Origin: Trichoplax sp. H2
Taxonomy: Eukaryota
Length of the DNA stretch: 64,000 nucleotides
Direction: 5' to 3'
Assembly (NCBI GenBank): GCA_003344405.1
Contig: NOWV01000001.1
Span: forward strand, 806,001-870,000
Shown: positions 51,908 through 64,000 of the stretch, one piece after another
Position numbering within the stretch: the stretch's first letter is position 1
Layout: each line of letters begins with the position of its first letter
Program-made: the position numbers and the translations under genes
The notes under the pieces: model-generated
Databases searched by the model: none
The model's input: only the letters and a program-made list of their open reading frames with translations
What the model was told of the DNA's origin: nothing

Positions 51908-54900
51908 TTAGTTATCCTTTTTTTCTGAAACATCTTCTGAACCTTTACCTTGATCTTCATCTTTATACCTAGGGAAATATCAATAGATAACTTATTATCA
52001 TTATTTCTTGCCATATTGGAAAAAACTTAGCCGACATAGGTATTAGCAGATCATTTAACTTTTATATACATACGCAAATAGTTCCTTCAATTGGCCTTTT
52101 ACTAGTGCCGTTAAAATAGTTGAACCAATACAGGCTGGCACCAAATATAATAATGCAGGCTACAATTTTGTATAAAATTTGTTTGTTAAAATGTACATTA
52201 AGTATAGCTTCAAGTAAAATAAGCATCATCATAAAATTATGCGAGAAGTCGCCACAAACAGTGAAAGTTACCTGTGCTGCTTTAAATAGTAGAAGAACTG
52301 CGACTGTAACAATTAGACCAATAATGTAAGCCACGAGTCCATTATAAAAATAAGCCTTACTGCCCTTATTAGAACTAAATTATTGCAGTAAAAATTAGTA
52401 CCAAAGCTTTAGAGATAGTTTATCTTAAGCTTAATATAGTATCTAACCTCAAGTCGAAACGCAATAGCAATGCAATATAAATTCCTATTTATCAAAGACG
52501 TCATTCGGACAAAGAGTTAGTATGATTTCAATTCAATTTATGGTTTGATAAGTTTAATTGTAATTGAATAACATAATGAAATAGAGACCTCTTTACTGAG
52601 TTTAATTTACATCAATTAAAAGACATGATACTTAAAATTATACTTTACCTGGTATGACAATATCACCTAAACCTAGCATTGCATAATTTGTAGAATTGAT
52701 TCCCTTTTCAATAATATCTACGGGAAAGATTACTATTGCGAACGATTAAAACAAGAGAATATCATTAGAATATCAATGTTGTGTTAAAGATACCATAATG
52801 ATACTGCTTCATGTCAGTGGTTACAAAGGTGCACCTACAAGCGGTATAAGGTATTATTAGCCTTTTTAATCAGTAAGACCTACACTTTATAGGAGCTTCA
52901 AAGGAGGTCGCCACAGTAACCATAACATCAGTACCGAAAACCTATTGATATTAAAATTTAATTCATGTATAAAATATAACATTATCCTGGAAGGTTTAAT
53001 ACATTTAATAAAAATGTTTCTTTAAGTATCTCTTTTATGATGAGACAGATTGTGAATGATTATTAATAGATATCGATATTATAGCTAACCCAAAAGATGT
53101 CATAGAAGAAGAGACCACCAAGTAAAATACAACCCGTTTGAACACTGTAAAAAATATTAACTAGATTATTTACTGTTGTTAATTATCCACTATCTAGAGA
53201 TACTATCTGGCAAGATCAACGTTACCTGTTCAACTGCAAGAGTTCAACCCCAGTCGACGCAAATGCTAGTCCTAAAATGTTGTTAGCGATCCAATGCTAT
53301 TCGATATGAATAAAAATTTTTGAGTTCTTCTTAAAGACAGCAATAAAAATTTCTGTACATAAAGTTGTTTTGATGTACTGTATAATGGACTGCAATTTCT
53401 CGAGATGCTTCGATAACTATTTTATTACAGTATATGAGTAGTATGATATACGGTATCGAGTGTGCACCTAATGCGACTAGTAATGCATACATTTATCATT
53501 AAAACCATCATTTTGAACCCTATTCTATTAGGACTATACATAGCATGTAACATTTATTTCAGTATTTATTATATCTACCTTTTTAATAAAATACCAAACA
53601 TTAAAGGCAGCGGATAAAGCCAAGGCCATCAATGTAATGTAATCGAATTCGATATCGTTTAAGGCTAAATAATTAAAATAACATTCAAGAACAAATTCTA
53701 ATAAGTAACTATTTTAAGCTATTATGTTAACTTGTCAAAAATTGCTATTATTTTAAAGATACTTCAAATTTGCCTAGATGTTATTGTAGCATCTTTGGTA
53801 ATTAAGTAAGCTTTAATAATCGAGATGATCGAAAAACTAACTCTCTTTCTTTTCGTCTTTCTTTTGAATAAACAGAAATTGGTAGCAAGTTTTAGGTAAT
53901 ATACCTATAAAGATTGGTCGGATGACTGGGCTAAAAAAATGCAAAAGTATTTTATTGACAGTTGAACGTGATCAAAATCGAGCTAATACTGACTGCTAAT
54001 TTCTGAAATTATTTATGACACTATTTACTACATAAAAGCCTTCGCGGTAACTTTGAGTCACCAATACTTACTCCAAAATGGACGTTAAACAACCGGTACC
54101 AAGAAAGAAGAAGTAGCCAGCTAAGAGTAAGTTAAGATACTCTTTGGATAAGAGCTGCAAAAAAATAAAATACATATTTTATTTTTATACGCGTTCTGTA
54201 TATTATGAAAGATAAAGCGATTGAATTTTGTAAGTCACAAAGGCGTAACTTTCTAGAGAGCGATTAATCCACTGAAAGTGCAATCGTCAGTTAATAAATC
54301 AAATTTTTTTATCGTTACAGCAACATTTATTTATTATTACCTTTATGACTATGTATAGACTAAATAGCGCGCCACTGGCGACTAATGGAAACATGAGGGC
54401 GTCTTTAGAATTCATAGTCTCCACCTTTCAAAAAGATTGATTGCAAATAGAAGTACGTAACTTGTTATAACGATAAGACACGCACATATAATATTATTAA
54501 TAATTAAACGTGATAGGAGGATTTCAATTTTTAAATAAATATAACATTACAACTTTATGTTGTGAGTAAAGAATAAGTTAGCTTATTATTGCAAGATACG
54601 GTAGAATAAGTGGTGCAGTTTCAAGTCGTTACATTCGAGATAATCAGTTTTGTTGGAATCAAGGCATGATATGCGCGTATAATACAGTATATTATACGTC
54701 TACAGTAGTACTGTATGATGCGTTTATTATTTTCAAGCAGACTTGTAGTGTAAATAAACCTAAAAAGCTTACAAGTACAGTATAGTATACCGGATGGTGA
54801 CTATAATTATAAGAGTCGGCTTAGGTTTGATGTATTATCACTGTTCTATAGTACACACATAAATATTGGTGAAGTAATAAAATTAGTATACACACATTGT

Positions 54901-56523
54901 TTGATGAATGACGCAAAATCTTTCCATCAAAGCTAAGAAAATGTTGTCCCCGTACGCCTGTACACAAACGTAGTTACATGCATACTTTTAGCTTATTTGT
55001 ACGATAGTCATTGCTTGTTGTCAATTATGAGTGAAGATCGTGCTTAGAATCATATTGATGTACGGTATTAATTATTTCAATCGATATAGCAGCAGCTACG
55101 GGCACGTACGTCTAAATTTGAAATACGTCATTGTGTACTGGGGGAGATTACGTTTTAGACCAAAGTTATGTAGACTATCATCGATCAAGGATAATATAGT
55201 ATACAAGAAAAACTATTTAAATTGTCCAACGCACCCAATTCAAAGTCTGGTAATTTGATCTAAGAGCTTTTTACTGTGCGAAAGTAACTTGAATTAATCT
55301 CGATTATGGGACACCTTTGAATTGCATCACTACGAGTATTCATAGTACAATAAGCGGAAATTCATGTCTGTATAATACGGATACAGTTGTTACAGGCATA
55401 GCTGAGGATTAACGGTGATTTTGGCCACTGTTCCAAAATCTTTAGTGATTTATATACAGTCAGCGATAAAGCGATATGGAATAAAAATGTAGTTAGAGAG
55501 CTTGCTAATTGCAAGCGAAGACAAATGTTACGTTAGCATCGTAAATGAGAATCTTCAGTAAATTTGTGTATTGGAGAGTACGTGAATGCAAAAGTTGAAG
55601 GGTTCTAGTATTATACTGTAACATTTTACTCATTTTGACATTAACTTAGAATCAGTTTGCAAATTTTATTGATTAACAATTGGTGGTTTGCTGAAAATTG
55701 TTCAAGGGTAAACGTTAAATTATGCAAACTCATTTCTACTTTCATTTTAATATCGTTGCGTAATAATGCTTTCCCGATTAAACATGGTTTGCTTTCGCTA
55801 TGTAGACTACGTCTATTTATAGCTTTACGGCGTCATCGTAGGAAAAATTCAGACTGTATCAACCCTATACAAAGAATAAACTAATAGACATAAAGTGGAT
55901 ATCATGATGGTACAATATTTTTAACAATACTAGGAATGGAAGGATTAGTAAATTGAGATAGACAAGTTATGGCCGTATAGTCCATTTTATTTTCAAGATT
56001 GACGAGAACTACAAGCGATATCCAGTTCTACCCTCACGTCCATCCACCAAGTATATTACAGTACTCATTCATTGCTATAGGATGATACAGTAGTATTACA
56101 TTTATAGACTATAATGTAGTGTAGTGTTCATTTCATTGAATGAAGCCCTTTCAATGCAAGACGACTTCATTACCCTAGCCAAAGCGTTAATGACTATTCG
56201 CCGCTATGACTTGGTGTAATTATTTTTCGATCAATCATTTCAACTCTTAATCAACATGTAAAATGGATACGCTTTGAAAAGATTGGTTTATTGGTGATTG
56301 CATTTTAAAGCGTATAAATGCAATGACAGCTTACCTTGGATTTTTGCGTACGATAAAAAGACCGAAAAGAGCCATAACAAATAGGCAAGATAGACATGAT
56401 AATTAAGCCACTATAAGCTACGGCTAAGCCAGTAGGGGTTCCTTTAAGTGATCTTGTAGTCTTATTACTTTGCTCGGTTGCATTTTCAATGATAGCAGAA
56501 ACAGTACTGTTGATTTCCTCCAT
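51908..56523 (-). CDS. HM13: Signal peptide peptidase (GxGD intramembrane aspartyl protease), about 13 coding exons
   Basis: Exon 1 MEEINST...GLAVAYSGLIIMSILPICYGSFRS. Later exons give KDALMFPLVASGALFSLY, HWIANNILGLAF, catalytic GLFFYDIFW|VFGTDVMVTVA and AMLGLGDIVIPG, and Q|PALLYLVP. C-terminus is KKDN* (KKxx ER-retrieval), which fits SPP rather than SPPL2/3. Confidence 0.97.
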
Positions 56524-56689
56524 ATTTACGCTTCAAAGTTAATTTTTTTCGAGCAATCGAGAATAACTGCGTTGTCAAGATCGAACCAGAATTGCTCAAG
56601 TGAGGCAATAGTAACGACAACTCGATGGACGTCAGCTATTGTACTGATAGCATTAGAACCAGACTTGATGTCCACTTCTGCGTGTAGGT

Positions 56690-57530
56690 ACAGAAGTACA
56701 GTACTGTACAATACAGTACAGTACTGTAGAGTAGTACTGTATGATCAGTATGTACTGTACAGTACAGTACAGTACAGTACCAGAATGTACAGTATTATGT
56801 GCAGTGTACAGTAGTAAGTACTGTACGCTACGGTAGTACTGTACAGTATGTTGCTACGATACCAGGTACTGTAGCATGCCTGTACACTGTACAGTGTACT
56901 GTACAGTACAGTACTGTACAGGCATGCTCAGTAGGGTGCAAATTCTACAGTATACAGTACAGTACAGTACTATCATTTCAATCTCCGGGAGATACAGTAC
57001 TGTACTGTACTGTACTGTACTGTACTGTACCCGTTGACCATTGAATGTGCTAGGCACTGTACAGAAGTACTGTACATACTGTACTGCGGTATGATCTGTG
57101 TATAGTACAACTAGTACTAATGTACAGTACAGTACTGTACAGTATACAGTAGTACAGTACAGCAGTACTGTATGTTGCTACGATACCAGATACTGTAGCA
57201 TGCCTGTACAAAACTGTACAGGCATGCTCAGTAGGTGCAAATTCTACAGTGTACAGTAGATATTAAACCATTGACTGTGCTAGGTACAGAAGTACTGTAC
57301 TGTACTGTACTGTACTGTACAGTATGATCTGTACAATACAGTAGTACAGTACAGTACTGTACTGTACTGTATGTTGCTACGACACCAGGTACCGTAGCAT
57401 GCCATTACACTGTACTGTACTGTACTGTACACTGTACAGTGCTCATTGACCATTGACTGCGCTACTGATTCATGTTACGGGACTACAGACTGTACTGTTA
57501 TACTGTACACTGTACAGTATACTGTAGACT
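56690..57530. repeat. TACAG/CTGTA palindromic array with higher-order repeat, filling the HM13/ARFRP1 bidirectional promoter
   Basis: Runs of (TACTG)n and (TACAG)n. Module TATGTTGCTACGA(T/C)ACCAG.TAC.GTAGCATGCC occurs three times (about 56847, 57171, 57370). CCATTGA.TG.GCTA also occurs three times. Confidence 0.9.
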
Positions 57531-57675
57531 AAAGTATCAACTAGCCCATGATGCCGTGCGAGCGTGCATATCCCACTACGTCACCGTTGTGCTTGTGTTG
57601 CTGAAGTAGACTCGTTTAATACATTCGCTAATCCGTAGGATGGAAGCTATCCCAAAATAACCTCCAGAAGTAATC

Positions 57676-59900
57676 ATGTATACCTTACTCTATGGATTAT
57701 GGAAGTATATGTTTCAGAAAGATGAATACTACGTTCTTATTCTTGGATTAGATAATGCTGGTAAAACGGTAAGGATACGATGATGACAAGATCCATTTCT
57801 TGGCGACACAATTTTACTATTTCTTTTTTATCCATGGTTTATATTGAATCGCTCTCAGTGCTGCTGAATCATTCGGACTGCTTCTACTAGTAGTACGACT
57901 AAAAATTGAAAGATTCAAAGTCTCTTGATTACTCTATCATCATTCAATTTTTATAATAAAAGCCTTGATGATTTAATTCCAACCATTCAGTGTTCAACTT
58001 AACCTGATAAACATGATAGTATGCGCTAAATTGCGCTCAAACCATAGAATGAGAGTAATGTTCACTTTGCCGGTACATGACGATAAGCTAGCTAATGGAC
58101 GATGGATAAGTATTGGATTAATGAAACTTTTAGACGAGTTAACATAGACACCTTGACAACATGGTATCGTCTTAATAGACAATCTTTACGCTTTTCTCGC
58201 ATTTTCTTCGGTGTATCGTATGTAAATCCAATTCCCGTATTAGATTAAACAAATAATAGTATACATTTCATCCATTTTCTCTTCTATCAATACAAACTCA
58301 TGTATCGTATCGTCGATTCCACAACATCTGTAAAGAAGCCTCTACTTCCTATACTAAATCAGTAAATCCCCCAATGTCCATGTGTATAACTAACCTATTT
58401 CGTTTACAAATAAAGTAGAATTAGTATCTTACTCGTACAAAATAGCACATCCTATGGAACATTGGATCCTTTTTGCCGTTATATGAAGAAAACATAGGGG
58501 AAATAAACAGCATGATAATATGGATAGAGGAGTTAGTGACTTGGAGATTATAACGCAATATGGAAAATCCGCAGTACTGTACAATACTCAGCCATGATAG
58601 GACTATGCTTATAATCCTTGATGGATGGTAATCTATCCTAGAGTTTAAAGGACGCCTTATTAATTAAAAGTACTAAAATTTGTCTGATTAATTTTGAAAT
58701 TCCATTACTTATAGACATTTCTAGAAAGGACGAAAAGTAAATTTTCTCGAAATTATCAATCTTTATCCGCGGATAAGATTTCACCGACCGTTGGACTAAA
58801 TAGTAAGAAGTAGAACGTAAACCTTCTACAACCTCAAGTTCTATCATTATTACGATAATGATGATAATTGCCAAACTAGAAATTAAACTCCATAACTCAT
58901 AATGTCACACAATTGAAGTACTGCAATCGATGCCACAGTTTAAATAAAAATTTTTCTTTCTACAGTCGGAAGAATAGATTTAGGATCAATTAGATTACGC
59001 TTTTGGGATCTTGGTGGCCAGAAGGACCTTTTAACTTTATGGGACAAGGTAAAACATTATACCTTTCTACGTCTGTTTTTCTCAAAAGAGAATATTGCAT
59101 TTCTAACAAACCTTATGAGCACTAGAATCTTATGAGATTTGACGGTGTATCTGCTTCTTATCTTCAAATTTTTGCATACATATGCATTATTGGATACTAG
59201 TATTACTCGGAAGCCCATGCAGTCATATTTATGATTGATTCAACGGATAAAGAACGTTTGTCTATGTCTAAAGAAGCATTCGGTGAGAAGTTAATAAATG
59301 CATCATATCGGTACACTAAGATGCGGCTAATAATATAATATATTCTCAAATGGACGTATTTTCTAACCAGCAATTGACCTTCTATTTCCATTCGTAGATG
59401 AAATGATGGTACACCCAGCATTAGATCGTGTACCTCTACTTGTTTTAGCTAATAAGCAGGATTTAGAGGTATTATCGATATCTTAGCTTTGTAAAGTGTA
59501 CCATTAAAAATGATATGGTTGTATGATAACAGTTATGATACATGGTACTTGACAAAACACATCATTTTGTTCTATATCTTTCTTCATTATTTTTAGTCCG
59601 CTATGGCGTTGGATGAAATAAAAACCATTTTTAATGAGAGTTTACAAAATCTTGGCAAGAGAGATTTTAAGATTCAGCCAATTTCCGCTCTAAAAAGGTA
59701 ATTCTCGTTTAGAATTGGATATTAAATTTGATTGCTTAGACGTGACATATTTTCTTTTTTAAATCCGAGTATACTTTACTATTTCTTAATGGAAATTTTT
59801 ATACTTTAGTCAAGGCATTCATGAGAGTATCGACTGGCTAGTTTACTGTGCAAAGAAAAATAGTGACAGGCCACCTAGCACTCGTGAAATTACATCATAA
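57676..59900 (+). CDS. ARFRP1: ADP-ribosylation factor-related protein 1, 7 coding exons
   Basis: MYTLLYGLWKYMFQKDEYYVLILGLDNAGKT (57676-57768) | TFLERTK...PTVGLNI (58715-58802) | FWDLGGQ (58966-59048) | YYSEAHAVIFMIDSTD (59201-59282) | LANKQD (59398-59468) | 59597-59697 | ...RPPSTREITS* (59810-59900). The N-terminus is diagnostic. Confidence 0.97.
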
Positions 59901-62718
59901 AATTGCTATGGTATCGTATCTGGCTACTAGACAAATTTATCAATTTTCTTTCTACAATTTTAACTTATGTAACTTCAACAGTAAGAAATCAATATCTAGA
60001 TGTAATTCAGAATTACCAAATTTATACGACGATAAGTTATCTAGCACTCATCACAACTAGCGGAGTGATCAATTAAAGTAAAATTAATGCATAAAGAGTC
60101 TAGACCAAGATGCTCCAGCCCAAGTTGTGCTTACGGGCAGACTTATTCCTGATTGATTTGTTGAATAATAAGAAAATATACAGCAGAATGAAAGAAATAT
60201 ATATATTCTAGGTGAATCTCTTAAGTACCCGTTGCTACATTAGACTTGCAGTTTTATTGCCATCAAGATAACAATAACAATTTGCATATTATCTACTTCT
60301 CCCATGTACAATATCTAGTAGTGCTATATTTAGGTATTTATCTACCGTAAAAAACAAATTCTTCAACACCAAATAAATACTGTATCATATTGTGCTTTAC
60401 TATAGTTAGATTGAATTTAAGATTTAAATTATGTTCATAAATATAGCTCATATACAAGCAGCACATTTAAAAGATTAAAAGAAATGTATAATTCATTCTT
60501 AATACTTTTGCTATTGACCATTCTGGATTATTTAATTACTGCATACCGATGTACAGATTTGTTATCCCTAACATCACATCCTGCGATCGATGATGCAAAC
60601 TTGTATTTGCTTGATAGTATATATTACTAATCAACGTTTTTATCTATCTTGTCGACGTTTAAAGCAATATGTCGATGTGATCATGTGGTTTTAAAGCGCT
60701 AATTAAGATGATAATCAAACCATCAAATTAATAAAAATGTCCAAATGCCTGATATAACCTGTCAAGTCAAAATAGGCTTTAAATCTCTTTAAATACTTGC
60801 TTAAATTTTAGCTAAAGAGATAGGAATATCTTTCACTTACCGTAGCTTTTTCACGCTTTGATTACTAGTTCGATAATATAATTAATTAGTACTACAACTC
60901 ACCTAGCATACTGTGTGATATGCAAAAGATATATTGTATCTGACTGTTAATTGCAGTCTACAGAAAAAAATTAAACTAGTTCAAGTCGTGAAAATTTTAC
61001 AAGGTTACGGTAGAAAGCTTACATGGAATGAAAGTATAGCCTGCGTGTTTCTTATACTGTATTATTGGTTTATTTACTTAGTGTAACTTTACGTATAGGC
61101 ACATCTAAAATATTAGCATACGTGTATTGCATGTATTTACGAGATTTCACTTTTTCATGCTTTTAAATATTTCTGAATTGAAGTCATTTAGCATGTAGCA
61201 AATTGTTGCTTTACGGATACAATGTGCACGTATACTGTACGAAAGTATAATTAGTGTCAGAATATAGTTAGTATATCATATTATGTGCTGTATCAAATTC
61301 TTTATTATACAGTAGAAACTCATTAGAAAGAGCATATTATATACTGTAAGTAGCCTATATTCATTTAGGTAATACCCGTACACTAACTAATTAGTCTCAT
61401 TAGATGCAGATCTGTGTCTTTATCCTCGCTTTTAATCGTAAGTAACAATCTCTCGATAGTAATTACATTTTTCATTTCGAGTACTACTCGTATGTGTGCG
61501 TAACCAAACGATATTAATGTTTTTAGATTAATATCATACCGGCACAAGTACATCTGTTCCTGTTTACATTCGGTATCCCGGGACACTGAACTAAGTATAT
61601 CATAACATTTCTTGTCATCTTTAGGATAAATAGTGCATATAGTTTTTTCTCGTAAATATCACGGGTACATTAATTACCACTGTAAATACGGTACATTATA
61701 TGCCAATAATCATGGTCTCCTGCTATTACGTTATTTCTCACACGAACGAGTACTTTATGCAAACCAATATAATTTTCATAATATTTATGACAAATTCTAT
61801 TACTTCATAATGCATTAATTAGATTTCACAATTAAACAAAACTATAGCGAATGATTTTTACTGTTACGTAATACATCAACAAATCTACAATAATTGTTCA
61901 TAAATTGAGATAACAATTTATCGATACTTCCTTAATGTTTATAGTAATTTAGCGTAAACTGACAACATTATAATACGGCGTCCGCCTGCAAGGTAACAGC
62001 TATGATACTAGTACCATTTAAATTATCTGTACTTATTGTCAGATGTAGATGAGAATAGAGCCTAGTTTAACTTGCAATAGATGCCTTTTAGTATAAAATA
62101 GTACTTGCATTAAAGTAGGTCTTTCTATGAACACTGTGATACTCTAAATGTAGGAGATTAAAAGACCTCTAAAGACAATAATAAAATGCACTCTAGCCTT
62201 CATTGTTAAATCAATCAACTAGGTCGATCAACTAGGATGTAATAGTTTCTATAGTAACCATCATTTGCATACTATCAATAAGAATGACGATAATATAATA
62301 TCGTCTATGAAGCAGTTCCAGCTAATTGCACTCTTCTACGGATTGTTTATACAGATTGGTCAGCATTCGATCCAATTCGGCAATAGTAACCCCTTGTATA
62401 GGAGTATAGGATGATATTGGAGTAATGTTTAGATTTGAGAATTACAGTTAATCATAAATAACGGTAGCTTTAGCATATTCTACGATCGTTCTTAATTAAG
62501 TCATATATAAAAATGAAGAAATGGTACTAAGAAAGCATTGAAAGTTTTCCACTTCATCATTCTTAATAATCATGATAAGTAAGCTACGATGAATCTAGTA
62601 TATTTAATACTTAAAAGTTAGATCTCGATGATTTCCTATTTACTACAATAGTAAATCCTTTACTAAAAGTTAATATTGTCATGCGTTTTTTGATGCACGA
62701 TTATACGAAGGTGAGAAA

Positions 62719-64000
62719 ATGGATGTCAATGAAGATAATTTGGTGAGTAAAATGCTATCCAGAACTGAGAGTCGGAATTTTTATGCCAATATGTACATTT
62801 CAGTTTACACTGCAATTATCATTACTGTTATGTGATCTATTATTGCACATTTAGTTATAAATAAGTTGAAAAGTAGATGAAAATTAACACCAATATCAAA
62901 ATCTTAAGTAATCTTACAGTTTATACCATTTTATTTACAACGAATTTCAACGTTTTTTTTTGTCTAGTAGCTTAACTGCTATTCTCAGATTGTCGATAAG
63001 TCCAGCTAGTATCCATTCTTTATTACTAACTAATCCCTGTTTTTGGATTGTCTACTATGTAGTTAAGATAAATTGAAAAGTTTGATAAAATTTAGCAGCA
63101 ATTCTGTATACTATAATAGTCGTAGTATTCCATTCATAGCAAATTTCACTCTTAGTAATCTAATTTTGACCTACATGTTGTCGATTATCATGACTAATAT
63201 GCCATCAGCTATTTCGATATAATCGTTACTATTGGCTTGATTATCGTATAGTCTAGATTTCTGAAAACATCGATGTTATGATCTCGAGCAATCCTATATC
63301 ATACATAAATTTTGGTTATACTTTCCGTTCTTTCGGTCGTGCAGCCCAATTTTAACTCTTAAATTGCAGATAGATACGTCTGGTATATAATCAGTTATCA
63401 CCTCCTAGTGTAAGATATGTCTGGAAATTTACACTCAATTAAAGAGTTTATTTTTTATCACTGTCGTACAATATTGCTAAACTATTCCACCCTTTTAAAC
63501 TGAAAACTTTCAAGTAAAATTAATATAGTAAATGCAGACAACTTCATCCTCACGTTTTAGATAGGAATAGTTTATTTAGCTGTAGAATTATAGTATTACT
63601 TTAACTATAAAGACTGAAATTTTATATTAAATACTAGATAATAAATCATTCATTCATAAATTGAACATTTTATATAGGAGACTAAGTTAATGTACGACCA
63701 ACTGCTGGTAGAATTTCTGAATGAATATTTGGCTTCACCGGTAATAATAGATAAAATCAAACGATGACTTTTCTATATTCTTAATTCCTCTTCATAAGAG
63801 AATTTTTGATAGAATTTTTACCACTTTATACGTTGCATTAGACTTTTGGAGAGCGTATAACTTACAACTACAATACGGGCAACTTTGAAGGTCTACGAGA
63901 TGAATTAATTGATCAGAAACAATTCATTAGCAGTAAACGAACAATTTTTATACCACCAGGATCACCCGATCCAAACTCATGTACTTCCATTCATGTTTAC
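62719..64000 (+). CDS. Possible 5' part of an unidentified gene running off the window
   Basis: ATG micro-exon 62719-62742 (MDVNEDNL|GTGAGT) is phase-compatible with an acceptor at 63841. That acceptor opens 53 stop-free codons (TFGERITYNYNTGNFEGLRDELIDQKQF...) to the edge. No family recognised. Confidence 0.35.

Noticed and set aside
12537-56523. Functional Notch/glycosylation operon (POFUT1 + SPP + receptors), suggested by co-orientation
   Set aside because: The receptors have no EGF repeats for POFUT1 to modify, HM13 is not presenilin, intergenic gaps are kilobases long, and linkage is explained by synteny.

Overview
AT-rich, intron-dense animal genomic DNA. Composition, short GT-AG introns and gene content suggest an early-branching metazoan, probably a placozoan such as Trichoplax; this is inference, not shown. 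I spliced seven multi-exon or long-exon genes by hand. Six consecutive genes are on the minus strand: a PRRT3/4-like multipass protein (runs off the left edge), RPS7, adhesion GPCR A, POFUT1, adhesion GPCR B and HM13/SPP. ARFRP1 is on the plus strand, head-to-head with HM13. A possible eighth gene starts at the right edge. The two adhesion GPCRs are paralogues with architecture C-type lectin / mucin stalk / GAIN-GPS / ADGRD1-like 7TM. They flank POFUT1, build their stalks from symmetric phase-1 cassette exons, and have diverged lectin motifs. The most unusual non-coding signal is a pair of palindromic TACAG/CTGTA arrays found only at the RPS7 and HM13/ARFRP1 promoters. There is also a structured element in an RPS7 intron, several local tandem repeats, and a probable haplotype-overlap artefact at the N gap. 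Most entries in the ORF track are exon fragments or spurious. All exon boundaries are manual and may be off by a few nt.
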